From assembly GCA_965198225.1 (NCBI GenBank), contig CBDAOY010000008.1, forward strand, positions 768,012-832,011: a DNA stretch of 64,000 nt, written 5' to 3'. Shown in pieces: positions 8,060 to 18,841 of the stretch (its first letter is position 1; each line of letters starts with the position of its first letter). The notes beneath the pieces are model-generated. The model saw only the letters and a program-made list of their open reading frames with translations, was not told the origin of the DNA and searched no databases. The stretch comes from Terriglobia bacterium. Lineage in GTDB: Bacteria; Acidobacteriota; Terriglobia; 20CM-2-55-15. The position numbers and the translations under genes were made by a program.

Positions 8060-10128
8060 TCACTCCTCCGGGTACGGGGTCCGGTTTCTGTAAACGATCC
8101 ACAACGTGGACACGAGTGTGACTGCGGCCAGGACGTAGACGACGGGGTCGAGCTGATCCACCGGGAATCCCTGTTCACCGGCCCAGATCGCCAAGGCGTT
8201 GTTTCCAATGTGAAGTACGATTCCGGGAAAGATCGACCCGGTCATCAGCGCGACTGCGGTGATCACGATGCCGAGGAATCCGGTCGTGATGATCCTGAAG
8301 ATCGTCACGTGGAAGAACCCGAAGATGCCGCCGACGACGAGTGCGAGCACCACCGGCCGGAACTTGCGGCGCAGACCGTAGAGTAGAACTCCCCTGAAAC
8401 CGATTTCCTCGCAGATTCCGGGCAGCACCGCCACGAAAAACATCAACTGCCACAGCGGCAGCCCCTCGGCGGCGAAGGCCTCCGACATCTGCTCCATGAC
8501 GCTCTGAGGGACTGGGAATACCGTGCTCGCGAACGCCAACACTGGGATAGCACTGAGCGACATGGCAGGCAGCATCAGCAGGATCACCGGCCAGAGACCG
8601 ACTCGAATCGGTCTGATCGCCAGGGTCTTTCGAGGGTCGAGTCCGTAAACCTTGACGATCAGCAGCGTGGTCCCGATGAACAGCACCAGCTCGTTGAAAA
8701 TGAGCTGAGCGCGCAGAGTGCCCAGCTGCGGCACTCCTATCGCGACACCGAACATCACCGCCCAGAGCACGGCAAACCATCGCCAGACGTTTGCCCGGAA
8801 AGCCGCCGGACCGGTCATCTGTGCCGGGTGCCGCTCCTGTGTGGCCGTGATGAGACGTTCCTCTCCGAGCAGGCCGGCCGAAAAGCGGACGAGCGTGAAG
8901 GCCAGCAGGGAATTGACCAGAAAGGCAACCACGGTCATCGGCCAGTCGGGGTTGCCGGCCAGGACCTCCCTGGCGGCGACACTGACGTTGGCTACCGGGA
9001 CGAGTGCGATAGCGGACCGCAGGTCGACGCCCGGGATCGCGCCGGCGAAGGCCGGCAGCATGCCCACCATATAGACAGGAAAAAAGTATAGCTGGGCCTC
9101 CTTGTACGACTTTGCGTAGGCGGACAGCATCAGGAGGACTCCGGCGACAAGAACGGCAAGCGGAACGTAGAGCAGCATCAAAGCGAGCGCAGAAGACGTC
9201 GATACCCGAAAAACGAAGTCCTCCGGCAGAGGAATGATGTCGAAGCTGGTGTAGACGAGAAGGTTGCCGACCTGGATCAACGTGATCACGAGAGCGACTG
9301 CCATGATGACCAGCTGCTTGGCGGCGATGATGTCGGTCCTGCCGGCGGCCGTCGTGAGGAGGGTTTCCAGCGTGCCACGCTCCTTCTCGCCGGCAATGAT
9401 GTCCATGGCCACGACCGAGCCGCCGGTCAAGGTGAGCAGGAACAGGAAGGCGGTGATGAACCGACCGATCTGGAGACCCGATGTCTCGGCCGCCGAGGCC
9501 ATGCTGGTTTCTTCAATCGCTATGAGTTCGGAGAATCGAATGGGGATTCCCCTGTCTTCGAAAGCGCCTTCGGCCCCATCCCGTCGGCCCAGCGTCAGCA
9601 GTCGCCGCATCCTGTTCGCACCGTCGGCTGCGGATGCCCTGTTGCCGGGAACGAAGATCTGGATCACGGGAACGCCGTCCAGGCGCCGGGCGAGTTCGTG
9701 CGGAAGTTCCCCGTCCTCATCATCCTGTTCGTCCTCGCGCGCCGCCCATTCCTCATCCGCGGCTCCGGAGCTCAGCGCGTTCAGATAGAACTGAATTTCG
9801 CGTTCCCGGAGGCTGAGTTCCGGGTCCGGAACCTGCACCTCGTGACGTTTGAAGTTGTGCAGCTCCGAATCCGGGTCCGATTGCAGGGCCTCCTCGGCAC
9901 GACCGATCAAAAGACGTGCCTCCTCGCTCCAGTCACCGGTGATTGCGTAGTCGTAGACGGTCTCCACGAGTTGCAGGTCCCGGCGTTCCGAAGCGAAGCG
10001 GGTGGCGAACAACATCACGGGCATGACCAGCATGGGAAGGATGATCGAGAGGATGATCGTCCGCCGCGACCGCAGGAGCGTGCGGATTTCCAGCTGCCAG
10101 ATGAGACGAACCGTGTCCCAGTTCAATG
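8060..10128 (-). CDS. ABC-2 family permease fused to a C-terminal CPBP (CAAX/Abi) intramembrane protease domain
   Basis: Multi-TM permease; C-terminus carries CPBP motifs EEIGFRG, FGFFH and HIGNN; TTG start overlapping the ATPase stop (ATTGA); the longer ORF 8060..10213 overlaps the ATPase. Confidence 0.65.
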
Positions 10129-10872
10129 CTGTTGCCCCTTCACGTACTTGACGAAGATGTCTTCCAGATAATGCTCGCCCGTCGCGGAACGCAATCCCTG
10201 CAGCGTGTCGCACGCCAGGATACGACCGTCGTGGATGATCGCGATCCGGTCGCAGAGCTTCTCGGCCTCGCTCATGATGTGTGTCGAGAACAGGACGGTC
10301 TTGCCCTCGTCACGAAGCTCCTTGATCGCCTCGGCCACCTCCAGGGCGTTGAGGACATCGAGGCCAACGGTCGGCTCGTCAAAAATCAGGACCGGAGGGT
10401 CGTGGGCGACGGTCCGGGCAATCGACACCTTCTGTTTCATACCGGAGGAGAGCTTCTCGACGCGAGCGTCGGCGTACTCCGTGATGCCGAAGCGATCGAT
10501 CAGCCCGGAAACACGGGCGGTGACCCCGTCGGCCGGATAGTGGTTCACGCTGGCGAAGAATTCGATCGTCTCGCGTGCGGTGAGTCGTGGGTAGAGCGCG
10601 GTCGTTGCCGAATAGAAACCGAGGCTGCGCCGCACATCGGGGGCCTCGTCGACGACATCGTAGCCCATGATTCGGGCTGTTCCCGATGTCGGAAGAATGA
10701 TCGTCGAAAGCATACGCAGCGTCGTCGTCTTTCCGGCGCCGTTGGCACCGAGGAGGCCGAAGACCTCGCCGGTGCGCGCTTCGAATCCGATGCCGTCGAC
10801 TGCACGGACCTCGCCGCGGGATTCGTCTTGAAAGGTCTTGTGAAGGTCGAAGACCGACACCGGCGCCCTCAT
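10123..10872 (-). CDS. ABC transporter ATP-binding protein (NatA-like)
   Basis: Walker A GLLGANGAGKTTTL, signature LSSGMKQKVSIA, Walker B LIFDEPTVGLD; start MRAPVSV overlaps the upstream permease stop. Confidence 0.85.
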   Translation of the reverse strand: MRAPVSVFDLHKTFQDESRGEVRAVDGIGFEARTGEVFGLLGANGAGKTTTLRMLSTIILPTSGTARIMGYDVVDEAPDVRRSLGFYSATTALYPRLTARETIEFFASVNHYPADGVTARVSGLIDRFGITEYADARVEKLSSGMKQKVSIARTVAHDPPVLIFDEPTVGLDVLNALEVAEAIKELRDEGKTVLFSTHIMSEAEKLCDRIAIIHDGRILACDTLQGLRSATGEHYLEDIFVKYVKGQQH

Positions 10873-12127
10873 CAGGCTCCCTTCCGGAGTACGCGTTCCT
10901 TGAAAAACCGGCTGAAACTCCCGCTGTATCCGCCCATGATGAAGTCCTCGTACTGAATGATCTTGAGAGCGAGCGCGATCGCGATCGCGATCGTGACGAT
11001 CTCCACGGCCAGAGTGATTCCGATCAACCGCCACTGGTACACGCCGGCGATCGCTTCGCGGAACATCAAGGCGATGTTCGCGACGGGGATCGCAGCCAGC
11101 CGGGGAGTGAATTCGATGTCGGGCACCTGCAGGAACATCAGGGGCAGAATCATGAGAATGTAGAAGGGACCGATCATCGACTGGCCTTCCTTGAAGGTCC
11201 TGGCGAAGGAGGCCAGGATCATCATGCCGGCGGCGATGAACAGGGCCATCAGGGCGGCGCCGACGACGATCACCGGAATCGATCCGAGCGGGATGCTCAT
11301 GGTCAGACCCGACACGTCTTCTCCCATCAGAGGCGTCAGGACGGCTTTCATGGAGAACGTCATCGCCGCCACATTCAGCATCCCTGCGGCGAACGACATC
11401 GTGGCGACGTAGAGGTACTTCGAGATGAGGATGCTGCTCCGGTCCGGAGCGACCGTCATCAGCGTCTCCCAGGTCGAGTTCTCGCGCTCACCGGCAGTTG
11501 AATCGATCGCCGGGTAGAGTCCGCCGACCGAGAGCATGATGATGAGGAACATGGGAACGATCAGGCCCAGTATGAACTGACCCATCTCGCGGCCGGTCGC
11601 GACATTCCGATTCTCGATCCAGAATTGCTGGAGTTCTGCCGGTTCGATACCGGCCTGACGGGCGACCCCGAGCAGATACGTCTGCCTGTAGTCGTTCAGG
11701 TGAGATTCGAGTCGGGATCGAGCCAGCAGGCTGCGATCCTTGGCCGCGTCATAGACCAGCGTCACCTGGAAGTTGTCGGCAAACAGCGGGATCGTTTCCT
11801 CGGCCTCGTCGAAGCGGACAATGATGTCCAGGGTACCGTCACGAATCGCCCGCTCATCCCGGATGGCGAGAAGTTCCAGCGTGCTCTCCGCCTCCAGCGT
11901 TTCGCGGAATGCAGCATGTTGGACGGGCAGGTCGGCCAGCGTCACCCGGGACGGCATCTGTTCGGATTGGCCGGCAACGAAAGAGATGCCGGAGTAGGCG
12001 ACCCACAGAAAGGCAGGGTAGAGAAAGATCGGGAGCAGGATGCTGTTGATGATGATGTTCCGCTCGCGAAGAGCGGACCGAAGCTCGCGTTTATATAGCA
12101 AGCCGATGTCGGAGAGACGGCGTTTCA
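10872..12127 (-). CDS. ABC-2 family transporter permease
   Basis: 6-TM ABC-2 topology; GTG start overlapping the DMT gene stop (GTGA); ORF 10872..12539 trimmed. Confidence 0.65.
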
Positions 12128-13045
12128 CCCCGATTCCTCCGTGACCATTATCGATTCGGCCTTCTGGGACCGCACGATAAATATGCCCGCGAGAATGAGC
12201 ACGATGCTGACACCCTGACCGATCACGGGACGTTCCCCCAGCAGCGCCCATGCGGCCAGCAGAGCGACGATCGGAGTCAGGTTGCCGACGACCGCCGTCC
12301 GGGCGACCCCGATGGTCTTGATGGCGTAGGACCAGACGAAGTAGCTGTAGACGATGGCCAGCCAGGCCGACGCGGCAACGCCAAACCAGGCCCAGAGGGG
12401 AACCTCCGACCAGCGTTGTTCCAGTAGCGAGGGAACGGTCAGCGGCAGCAGGACCGCTACTCCGAACACCATCGCGAGCACCGTGATCTCGAGCGTTCCG
12501 TAGCGGCGCAGTAACGAGGTTGCGGCCCCCGTGTACCAACCCCAGCAGAATGCCGCCGCCACGATCATCAGGTCTCCGACCCAGGTCCCTCGAAAAGACA
12601 CCTCATTGCCACCGAAAAGGACGATCGCCGCGACGCCCAGGACCGACAGGACGATTCCACCCAGGACCCGTCGGTTGAAGCGTTCCCGTTTCAACACAAC
12701 CCCGGCCATGTACGCGAATATGGGAGTCAGGGCGAGAAGCAGGCCGACGTTGCCTGCCCGGGTCCGGGCCAGACCGAGGACGAAGAACATCTGGTACCCC
12801 GTGTTGGACATGATACCGAGTCCGATCAGCGCCAGTACGTCCCGCCGGTCGATCCTCAGACTGACGCCGCGCAGTTTGAGGATCGAGACCATCGTCAACG
12901 TCGCGATTGTCATCCGGACGGCATTGAACGCGAGGGGATGGAGGTATTCGTAGAGGACCTTGATGATTGAGAAATTCGTACCCCAGATCACGGCGACGGT
13001 CAGCAGGAGAAATTCCACAAGGTAGATTCGCGTGCTGTCTTTCAA
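12125..13045 (-). CDS. DMT superfamily (EamA-type) transporter
   Basis: 10-TM; duplicated EamA-like halves (...TNFSIIKVLYEYLHPLAFNAVRM... and ...GNLTPIVALLAAWALLGE...). Confidence 0.8.
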   Translation of the reverse strand: MKDSTRIYLVEFLLLTVAVIWGTNFSIIKVLYEYLHPLAFNAVRMTIATLTMVSILKLRGVSLRIDRRDVLALIGLGIMSNTGYQMFFVLGLARTRAGNVGLLLALTPIFAYMAGVVLKRERFNRRVLGGIVLSVLGVAAIVLFGGNEVSFRGTWVGDLMIVAAAFCWGWYTGAATSLLRRYGTLEITVLAMVFGVAVLLPLTVPSLLEQRWSEVPLWAWFGVAASAWLAIVYSYFVWSYAIKTIGVARTAVVGNLTPIVALLAAWALLGERPVIGQGVSIVLILAGIFIVRSQKAESIMVTEESG

Positions 13046-13116
13046 TATGTCCGTTCTCGATCCGTGCGGTCTGGGGAATGTTCCGGCCCGAACTGCAGTT
13101 CGAGTAGTATAAGCCG

Positions 13117-13971
13117 ATGCTGATGAAAGACTTCGGGAATTCCGGCACGCAAGTACCCGTCATCGGACAGGGTACATGGGAAATGGGTGATCGTCCCGCT
13201 GATGCGAAGCGCGAAATCGAGGCCTTGTGCGCGGGGCTGGATATGGGCCTGACCCATATCGACACCGCCGAGATGTATGGCAACGGGCGCTCGGAGCGAC
13301 TGGTCGGTAAGGCGATCGAGGGTCGGCGGGAGGAAGTGTTTCTGGTCAGCAAAGTGTTGCCGTCACACGGCGCCTATGACGATACGATCCGAGCGTGCGA
13401 ATCCAGCCTTCGCCGGCTGGGGACCGCCTACCTGGACCTATACCTGCTGCACTGGTGGACGGGGGGGAATCCGATTGAAGAAACGATGCGCGCAATGGCG
13501 AAGCTGGTCGACGACGGTAAGATACGGTTTGCAGGCGTGAGTAACCTGGAACTCGATGAGATGGACCAAGCCCGAGAGGCTCTCGGCGGGAAACCCCTAG
13601 TCTGCAATCAGGTGCTCTACCACCTGCAATCGCGCGGCATCGAGTTCCGCATGATCGACGAGTGTGCGGACCGTAGTGTGGCAATCGTCGCGTACTCGCC
13701 TCTGGGTCAGGGAGATTTCCCGACGCCGCAGGGCCGGCAGGGCAAGGCTCTCGCGCGAATTGCGGATCGCCACGGTAAGACGCCGCGTCAGGTGGCGCTG
13801 AATTTTCTCACAAGACAACGGAGCGTCTTCGCAATCCCGAAGGCCGCTCGGAGCGATCATGTTCGTGAAAACGCCGGCGCCCTCGGATGGTCCCTGACCA
13901 GGGAAGATCTCGCTCTGCTCGATGAAGCGTTTCCGCCCCCGGCGAAGGAAGTCCCTCTGGAGATGATCTAG
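13117..13971 (+). CDS. Aldo/keto reductase family oxidoreductase
   Basis: ...IGQGTWEMGD..., ...THIDTAEMYGNG..., AKR fold motifs; 284 aa. Confidence 0.85.
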   Translation: MLMKDFGNSGTQVPVIGQGTWEMGDRPADAKREIEALCAGLDMGLTHIDTAEMYGNGRSERLVGKAIEGRREEVFLVSKVLPSHGAYDDTIRACESSLRRLGTAYLDLYLLHWWTGGNPIEETMRAMAKLVDDGKIRFAGVSNLELDEMDQAREALGGKPLVCNQVLYHLQSRGIEFRMIDECADRSVAIVAYSPLGQGDFPTPQGRQGKALARIADRHGKTPRQVALNFLTRQRSVFAIPKAARSDHVRENAGALGWSLTREDLALLDEAFPPPAKEVPLEMI

Positions 13972-14061
13972 CCGTTGCGGGTTTTCGAGGAACGAATTGA
14001 ATCAAGCTCGGGCCAGGAAGGGGCGTTGCTTCGAAGGTGCCGCGGTAGGATCTTTAGAAGG

Positions 14062-14336
14062 CTAGTGACCTGTAACAGTGCTATCGGTACCAGCGTTCGG
14101 CGGAACGGCGTCGGATTCTAGGAGTGACGCCCGAGCCAATGCTGTTTCATTGCGAGGGCGTTACGACACCGAAGACGGCGCCGTTGGGCCGAACCCTTCG
14201 GGCCGATGGGGGTTGCGGGCGATCTCTTTGTCGGAAGCCGTCACCGATGAAAGAGCATCGCTTTCCGTCTCCCTCCTCGACCTCGCCCGCAAGACCCATC
14301 GGCGATGGTGCCGATAGCACTGTTACAGGCCACTAG
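14062..14336. mobile_element. MITE copy A (275 bp; TIR CTAGTGACCTGTAACAGTGCTATCGGTACCA ... TGGTGCCGATAGCACTGTTACAGGCCACTAG; TA duplication in a CTAG target)
   Basis: Near-identical reverse-complement copy at 51729-52003, diverged copy at 35240-35514; intergenic; internal ORFs not credible. Confidence 0.75.
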
Positions 14337-14395
14337 ATGTCGATTCCGAGAAACATCTTCCCCTTATCGGGTCGCTGACTCAAGGGTTCTCTTCG

Positions 14396-15913
14396 TCAAT
14401 TCAATCGAAAGATCGTGCAACACGCCGATCGAAAGGCTTCTTCAGCTTCGGGGTCGGAATTGAGCGCGCGAATCAGATTGCCGTGATCGTTCGTCACGAA
14501 GACAAGCCGAGACTGAAAGTCGTTCCGTATGACTTCCGCCGCTCGATTACCGGTGCGCGTGACGTCGACGTACCTGTCGTACAGTTCGGGGTCCTTCAGG
14601 TACATGAACAGAGGATCGAGCCCCACGATGAAGGTGTTTTCAGGAGCGGCGTAGAATAAGACCGGGAAGTCGTCCCAATCGGCGTTGAACACCCGCTCGC
14701 CGGGCCCGGTGTTTTCCCTGAACCATCCGGCCGCTTCGAGAGCCGGGCGATCGATTCCTTCACCCTGGAGTTCGTCGATCGCAGCACGCCCATTCGACCA
14801 GGCGAAGAAGCCGGCCAGGACCAGTGCCGCCGTCATCGACACCGCCTTACGGTATCCGGCCCAGGGGAAGGGTCTGGCTCCAACAGCGACCGCTGCCAGC
14901 AGAACGGAGAACAACGGCCAGTATTCCGAGAAGCGCCGGTGCTTCAGAAAGAGCACAAAGAAGAGGACCGACACCAGGGCCAGCGCATATCGGGCGGTGC
15001 GATTGTTCTCATCGGAAGCCCTCGCGAAGCCGAGCCCCGCGAGGAAGCATGTCAGCGCGATCCAACTGCTGGACAGCAGGTGGTCGGTCTCGAATGGGTA
15101 CCACTCGTTGCCCACGCGAACCGGAAACCCGCCGATGAGCTTGGAGCTGGCATGCACGATGACGAACCTCGCGTAGTCGAGCATGTAAGGGTGAATCAAC
15201 ATCCCCGCGAGCATCCCGGCGCCGGCGAACCAGATCGGATCAAGATTCCATTTTCCCTCGGCCACGGCCGCTCCGAGCACGGTCAAGGCCACAACGCCGC
15301 CCAGCATCGGGAAGGCCGCGTAGGTCCAGGCAAAGATAAAACCGACGGCGAACAACCCCCAGCGATACCGGCCGAGCGTGAGCCAGCAACCCAGCAGCAA
15401 CAGGATCGCACCCAGCGACTGGGCGCGAAGCAGGGACATCCGGTAGAGAAAAGGCTCCGATGCCGCTCCCAGGAGCACGAACCAGAACCACGGCCACCGC
15501 ACGCCGAATTTGCGGAGGAGGAAAAAGAAGGTTCCCGCCATCGCCGTAGCGAAGACGACGGCGGCGAGTTTCACCATGATCATGGGATCGCCGAGCGCGG
15601 TGAACGGTGCCATGAGGGCATGGAACAGGTAGTGGTGATCTGCGAAGTCGGCCTCCGATAGGATCGTCATCGAGAGGTAATCGAAGCGGAATGGCAGGAA
15701 GAGATGATCCAGCATGAGGGCGGCCATTCGCGCGTGATAGTACCCGTCGAATCCGGCCAGACCCGTCACCGAGAACTGAATCCACCCGAAGAATCCGAAT
15801 GCCAGAGTCAGCGCCAGGGTGTACTGGTAGAAGGGTCTACGGATGAGGACTGCTGCCAGCGCCAGGCTCGGGGGTTCTTCGCCCCGGGTCGATGATGTGG
15901 TTTCCTCGAGCAA
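14396..15913 (-). CDS. Polytopic membrane protein, candidate GT-C-type (PMT/ArnT-like) glycosyltransferase
   Basis: About 11 predicted TM helices plus a C-terminal soluble domain; follows a GT2 polyprenyl-phosphate sugar synthase homologue in the same operon; family assignment is inferred from architecture, no catalytic motif confirmed. Confidence 0.4.
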   Translation of the reverse strand: MLEETTSSTRGEEPPSLALAAVLIRRPFYQYTLALTLAFGFFGWIQFSVTGLAGFDGYYHARMAALMLDHLFLPFRFDYLSMTILSEADFADHHYLFHALMAPFTALGDPMIMVKLAAVVFATAMAGTFFFLLRKFGVRWPWFWFVLLGAASEPFLYRMSLLRAQSLGAILLLLGCWLTLGRYRWGLFAVGFIFAWTYAAFPMLGGVVALTVLGAAVAEGKWNLDPIWFAGAGMLAGMLIHPYMLDYARFVIVHASSKLIGGFPVRVGNEWYPFETDHLLSSSWIALTCFLAGLGFARASDENNRTARYALALVSVLFFVLFLKHRRFSEYWPLFSVLLAAVAVGARPFPWAGYRKAVSMTAALVLAGFFAWSNGRAAIDELQGEGIDRPALEAAGWFRENTGPGERVFNADWDDFPVLFYAAPENTFIVGLDPLFMYLKDPELYDRYVDVTRTGNRAAEVIRNDFQSRLVFVTNDHGNLIRALNSDPEAEEAFRSACCTIFRLN

Positions 15914-16063
15914 TGTGGTAGGTCTTGATCTGTATCAGCTTAGTGGTGGTCCGACTCTGCCGATCATATGAGGGTCAGCGGCTGGCACGGCAGGGAACCA
16001 GCCGGGAGAAGTCCAGCCAGACCCCGGCGTCCGGTCGCGAGATCCTGGATCGGTTGATACGAC

Positions 16064-16837
16064 CTACGGCGTGTCGTGCCGTTCGGCCGGTAGTTCGCCG
16101 CGAGTAGGCACCTCGCCCCACCGGACGCTCCACCAGACCCGCGGCAGCTCGAGCAGCGCGCGAAGGACCACGTCGAGCCGCGCTCCCGATTGCCGGCCGT
16201 GCCGACGGGCGTAGTGGTGGACTCCGATCTCTTCAAACACGTGCCCGCGCAAGCGGAGGCGCGCGAGCAGTTCGGCGTTGAAGAGAGCTCCGGTCGAAGA
16301 AAGGGAGACTCCGGCGATGGCGGACCGCCGGAAGAGCTTGAAGGCGCAATTCATATCCCTGCAATGGACACGCAGGACCACCCCGATCAGGGTCGTGTAG
16401 AGGGAGCCGAGCAGTCCCCGTCCCGTGGCATCCTGGCGGTTCAACCGGTACCCGAGTACGCCATCCGCTTCGCCGAGGACTTCGATGAGCCTGGACAACT
16501 CGGAAACGTTGAACTGGCCGTCGGCATCGGTGAAGAAGACGAACTCGAACCTCGCTGCTTTCATCCCGCTCCAGACAGCGGCGCCATACCCGCGATTCCG
16601 GACGTGTATCACGGTCCGCAACGTTGGATATTCCGATTGCAGCCGTTCGGCTTCGTCCTCGGTACCGTCGGTGCTGCCGTCGCAGACGACGATGATCTCG
16701 TGCGTTTCCGCGCAGGAAACGCCCGTTGCCGCAGCTTCTCGGACGACATCGGCGAGGTTCTCTCGCTCGTTGTGACACGGAAGGACGATGGAAAGTCCGG
16801 ATAGCCTCAACCTTCTCTCCTCATCTGTTCCATCCAC
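16064..16837 (-). CDS. GT2 family glycosyltransferase, polyprenyl-phosphate sugar synthase type (Dpm1/GtrB/Ppm1-like)
   Basis: ...LSIVLPCHNERENL..., ...VVCDGSTDGTEDEA..., ...FFTDADGQF... (DXD); 257 aa. Confidence 0.8.
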   Translation of the reverse strand: MDGTDEERRLRLSGLSIVLPCHNERENLADVVREAAATGVSCAETHEIIVVCDGSTDGTEDEAERLQSEYPTLRTVIHVRNRGYGAAVWSGMKAARFEFVFFTDADGQFNVSELSRLIEVLGEADGVLGYRLNRQDATGRGLLGSLYTTLIGVVLRVHCRDMNCAFKLFRRSAIAGVSLSSTGALFNAELLARLRLRGHVFEEIGVHHYARRHGRQSGARLDVVLRALLELPRVWWSVRWGEVPTRGELPAERHDTP

Positions 16838-17556
16838 CGGCGCTCCTCGAGTGCCGCAACAAGGAAACAGGTCACGGCGACCAACTCCACTCCTTCGTCC
16901 CAGAAGTCGACGTACCAGTTCCCTCGGGTCGCGGCGGGGAACAGGCCGACGTCAAAAAATTGCGACAATGTAAAGAGCGCAACTCCGGCGGCAGCCAGCC
17001 GTCCCGAGCTTCTCCGGAACAACTGCCGGAACTGTCCGGTCCGGATCAACGGTCGGATGAGAAACACGAGCAGGGTCAGAACGACCCCTGCCAGCAACAA
17101 GGTGATAAGCAAGGTCAGCCAGGGTTGGTGCTGGAAAAGGTCCTCGAGAGTATTGTGGACGTTCAACATGTTGTAGTCGACCCTTCCTTCCCGTACCGCC
17201 CTGATCTGCCGGGTCACGTTGCCCCAGTCGGATTCCTCACCCGCGCCCAGGATGCCGAGAACGCCGACGGCCCGCCAGCAGTTGGGGAAGGAGGGTCGCA
17301 GGTCGCGACTGGCAGCCTGAAACGCAAATACGGAGAGGAGGATGTAGCCGACGAACTGTGCCGTTTCGACCGGACCGTTCTCCTGGAGCACAACAAGGAC
17401 GAAGTCCGATTGGGGTTCGACCAGCATCAGCAGTTCGACGATGCTGACGAACAGGATTACCAGGCCGAGAGAAAGCCGAGTCGAAGGGCTCGTCGAGGCT
17501 CGTGAACGCGGTGGGTCCGCCGTAAACGCGCGGCCGAGGAACGTTTCCGCCTTCAC
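16807..17556 (-). CDS. Hypothetical integral membrane protein (operon partner of GT2/GT-C and the pilin genes)
   Basis: Several TM helices; 4-nt overlaps with neighbours on both sides indicate co-transcription. Confidence 0.45.
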   Translation of the reverse strand: MKAETFLGRAFTADPPRSRASTSPSTRLSLGLVILFVSIVELLMLVEPQSDFVLVVLQENGPVETAQFVGYILLSVFAFQAASRDLRPSFPNCWRAVGVLGILGAGEESDWGNVTRQIRAVREGRVDYNMLNVHNTLEDLFQHQPWLTLLITLLLAGVVLTLLVFLIRPLIRTGQFRQLFRRSSGRLAAAGVALFTLSQFFDVGLFPAATRGNWYVDFWDEGVELVAVTCFLVAALEERRWMEQMRREG

Positions 17557-18779
17557 TTCCGGACCTCCCGGAACGTGATGACCCTGGTCCGGATCGACGA
17601 GAGGTAGTTGCTTATCCGAGTCATGTCGAGCGCCAACTCGAAGCTGCCTCCTCCTTCGAAGTCCCCCCCGGCGATCGCCGCGCCATAGAGATTGTGGACC
17701 GACCCCCCTCCGCCAACGTCGAAATTTCCGGAACAGATGATCAGACCGTAGAAGGCGATGTTGGACAGGTCGACATCGCCGTCCGCGATGAGGATGCCGT
17801 AGGCGCTGTTGTTGTTTCCGTTGATGTCCACGGAACGGTCGCTGTACATGAGCGCAGGATTGGCGTCTGTGCCCACGGCAAAGCCAGTGTAGCGGTAAAG
17901 GTCGGATTGGGTGACCGTCGGCGTCGCGAGATCCGTTATCGGCGTGAAAGCGGCGCTGGCGGCGGCGACGTAGCTGGCGACGTCATAGTCGGGGCTGACG
18001 CTTCCGACCATGTCGTTCGGCGCTGCCGGGAAGAACAACTGGGTCGGGGGACTGGGAGTCGGAGGGGACGTATCTGCAGCCCGAACGCCGTCGACAGTCA
18101 CACCGGCAGTCACGTCGATTCCGTTGACCGAGATGTTTCCCTGCAGGGTCACGTCCCCGTTGGTTCGAACCACAGCGTCGATCGTAGGGCTGATGATGAA
18201 TGCCGGAACGATTTCAGCCTCGACCAACTCTCGACGCCCGTTGAGGGTGGCGTAGGCCTGGATCGTCCGGATCGGCACGCCGTTGCCGGTCAGATTTCGG
18301 GTCAGGTTGCCCGTCGTAGCGTCCGGTCCCAGGTAGACGACAGTGGTCGCGTCCAGACCAGCGACACCGTCGATGTCCCGGTTCTTGTTTGCTTCAGTGT
18401 TGTAGAAGATCTTGACCAGGACGTAAGGCGGGGTTCCCCCCAGCGCGGTCGCGACGGAGGTCGAGCCGTATCCACCGTATGCGGGATCCAGACCCAGGAT
18501 GTTGACGGTCGTGTCCGAGCGGATGTACCCGGCCCAGTTGGCCGTCGGTACCGCTGGCAGACTGGGTAGCTGCGACGCGGAACCGTAAAGAAGGCGTGCG
18601 CGCGCCTCCTCGATCCCGGCATCCGCGAAGTAAAACAGTTGGAGATTCCGTTCCAGGACCGAACTCGAGCGAGCATCCTCGAGCAGGTTCATCATCAGCA
18701 GGAGGGTCAGCGCGCTCATCATCGAGAGCAGGATCAGGACCGTGATCAGCGCGACTCCGCGTGCTTTCGATGCTCTCAT
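17553..18779 (-). CDS. PilX/GspK-like large minor pilin (PilX N-terminal domain)
   Basis: N-terminus MRASKARGVALITVLILLSMMSALTLLL is a typical PilX_N/GspK hydrophobic segment; 408 aa. Confidence 0.6.
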   Translation of the reverse strand: MRASKARGVALITVLILLSMMSALTLLLMMNLLEDARSSSVLERNLQLFYFADAGIEEARARLLYGSASQLPSLPAVPTANWAGYIRSDTTVNILGLDPAYGGYGSTSVATALGGTPPYVLVKIFYNTEANKNRDIDGVAGLDATTVVYLGPDATTGNLTRNLTGNGVPIRTIQAYATLNGRRELVEAEIVPAFIISPTIDAVVRTNGDVTLQGNISVNGIDVTAGVTVDGVRAADTSPPTPSPPTQLFFPAAPNDMVGSVSPDYDVASYVAAASAAFTPITDLATPTVTQSDLYRYTGFAVGTDANPALMYSDRSVDINGNNNSAYGILIADGDVDLSNIAFYGLIICSGNFDVGGGGSVHNLYGAAIAGGDFEGGGSFELALDMTRISNYLSSIRTRVITFREVRK

Positions 18780-18841
18780 CGTCCTATCCGCCTCCGTGCG
18801 GATTGTCGATCATCTTGCAGGCGCTCCAGGGCGTCGGTGTC

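Noticed and set aside
14124-14336. 70-aa ORFs inside the MITE copies (also 51729..51941, 51748..51987, 35240..35425, 23813..23998) that look conserved between copies
   Set aside because: Conservation is at the nucleotide level because the ORFs lie inside repeated elements found in both orientations. They have no RBS or start context, contain low-complexity Arg/Pro-rich sequence, and alternative frames are equally open.
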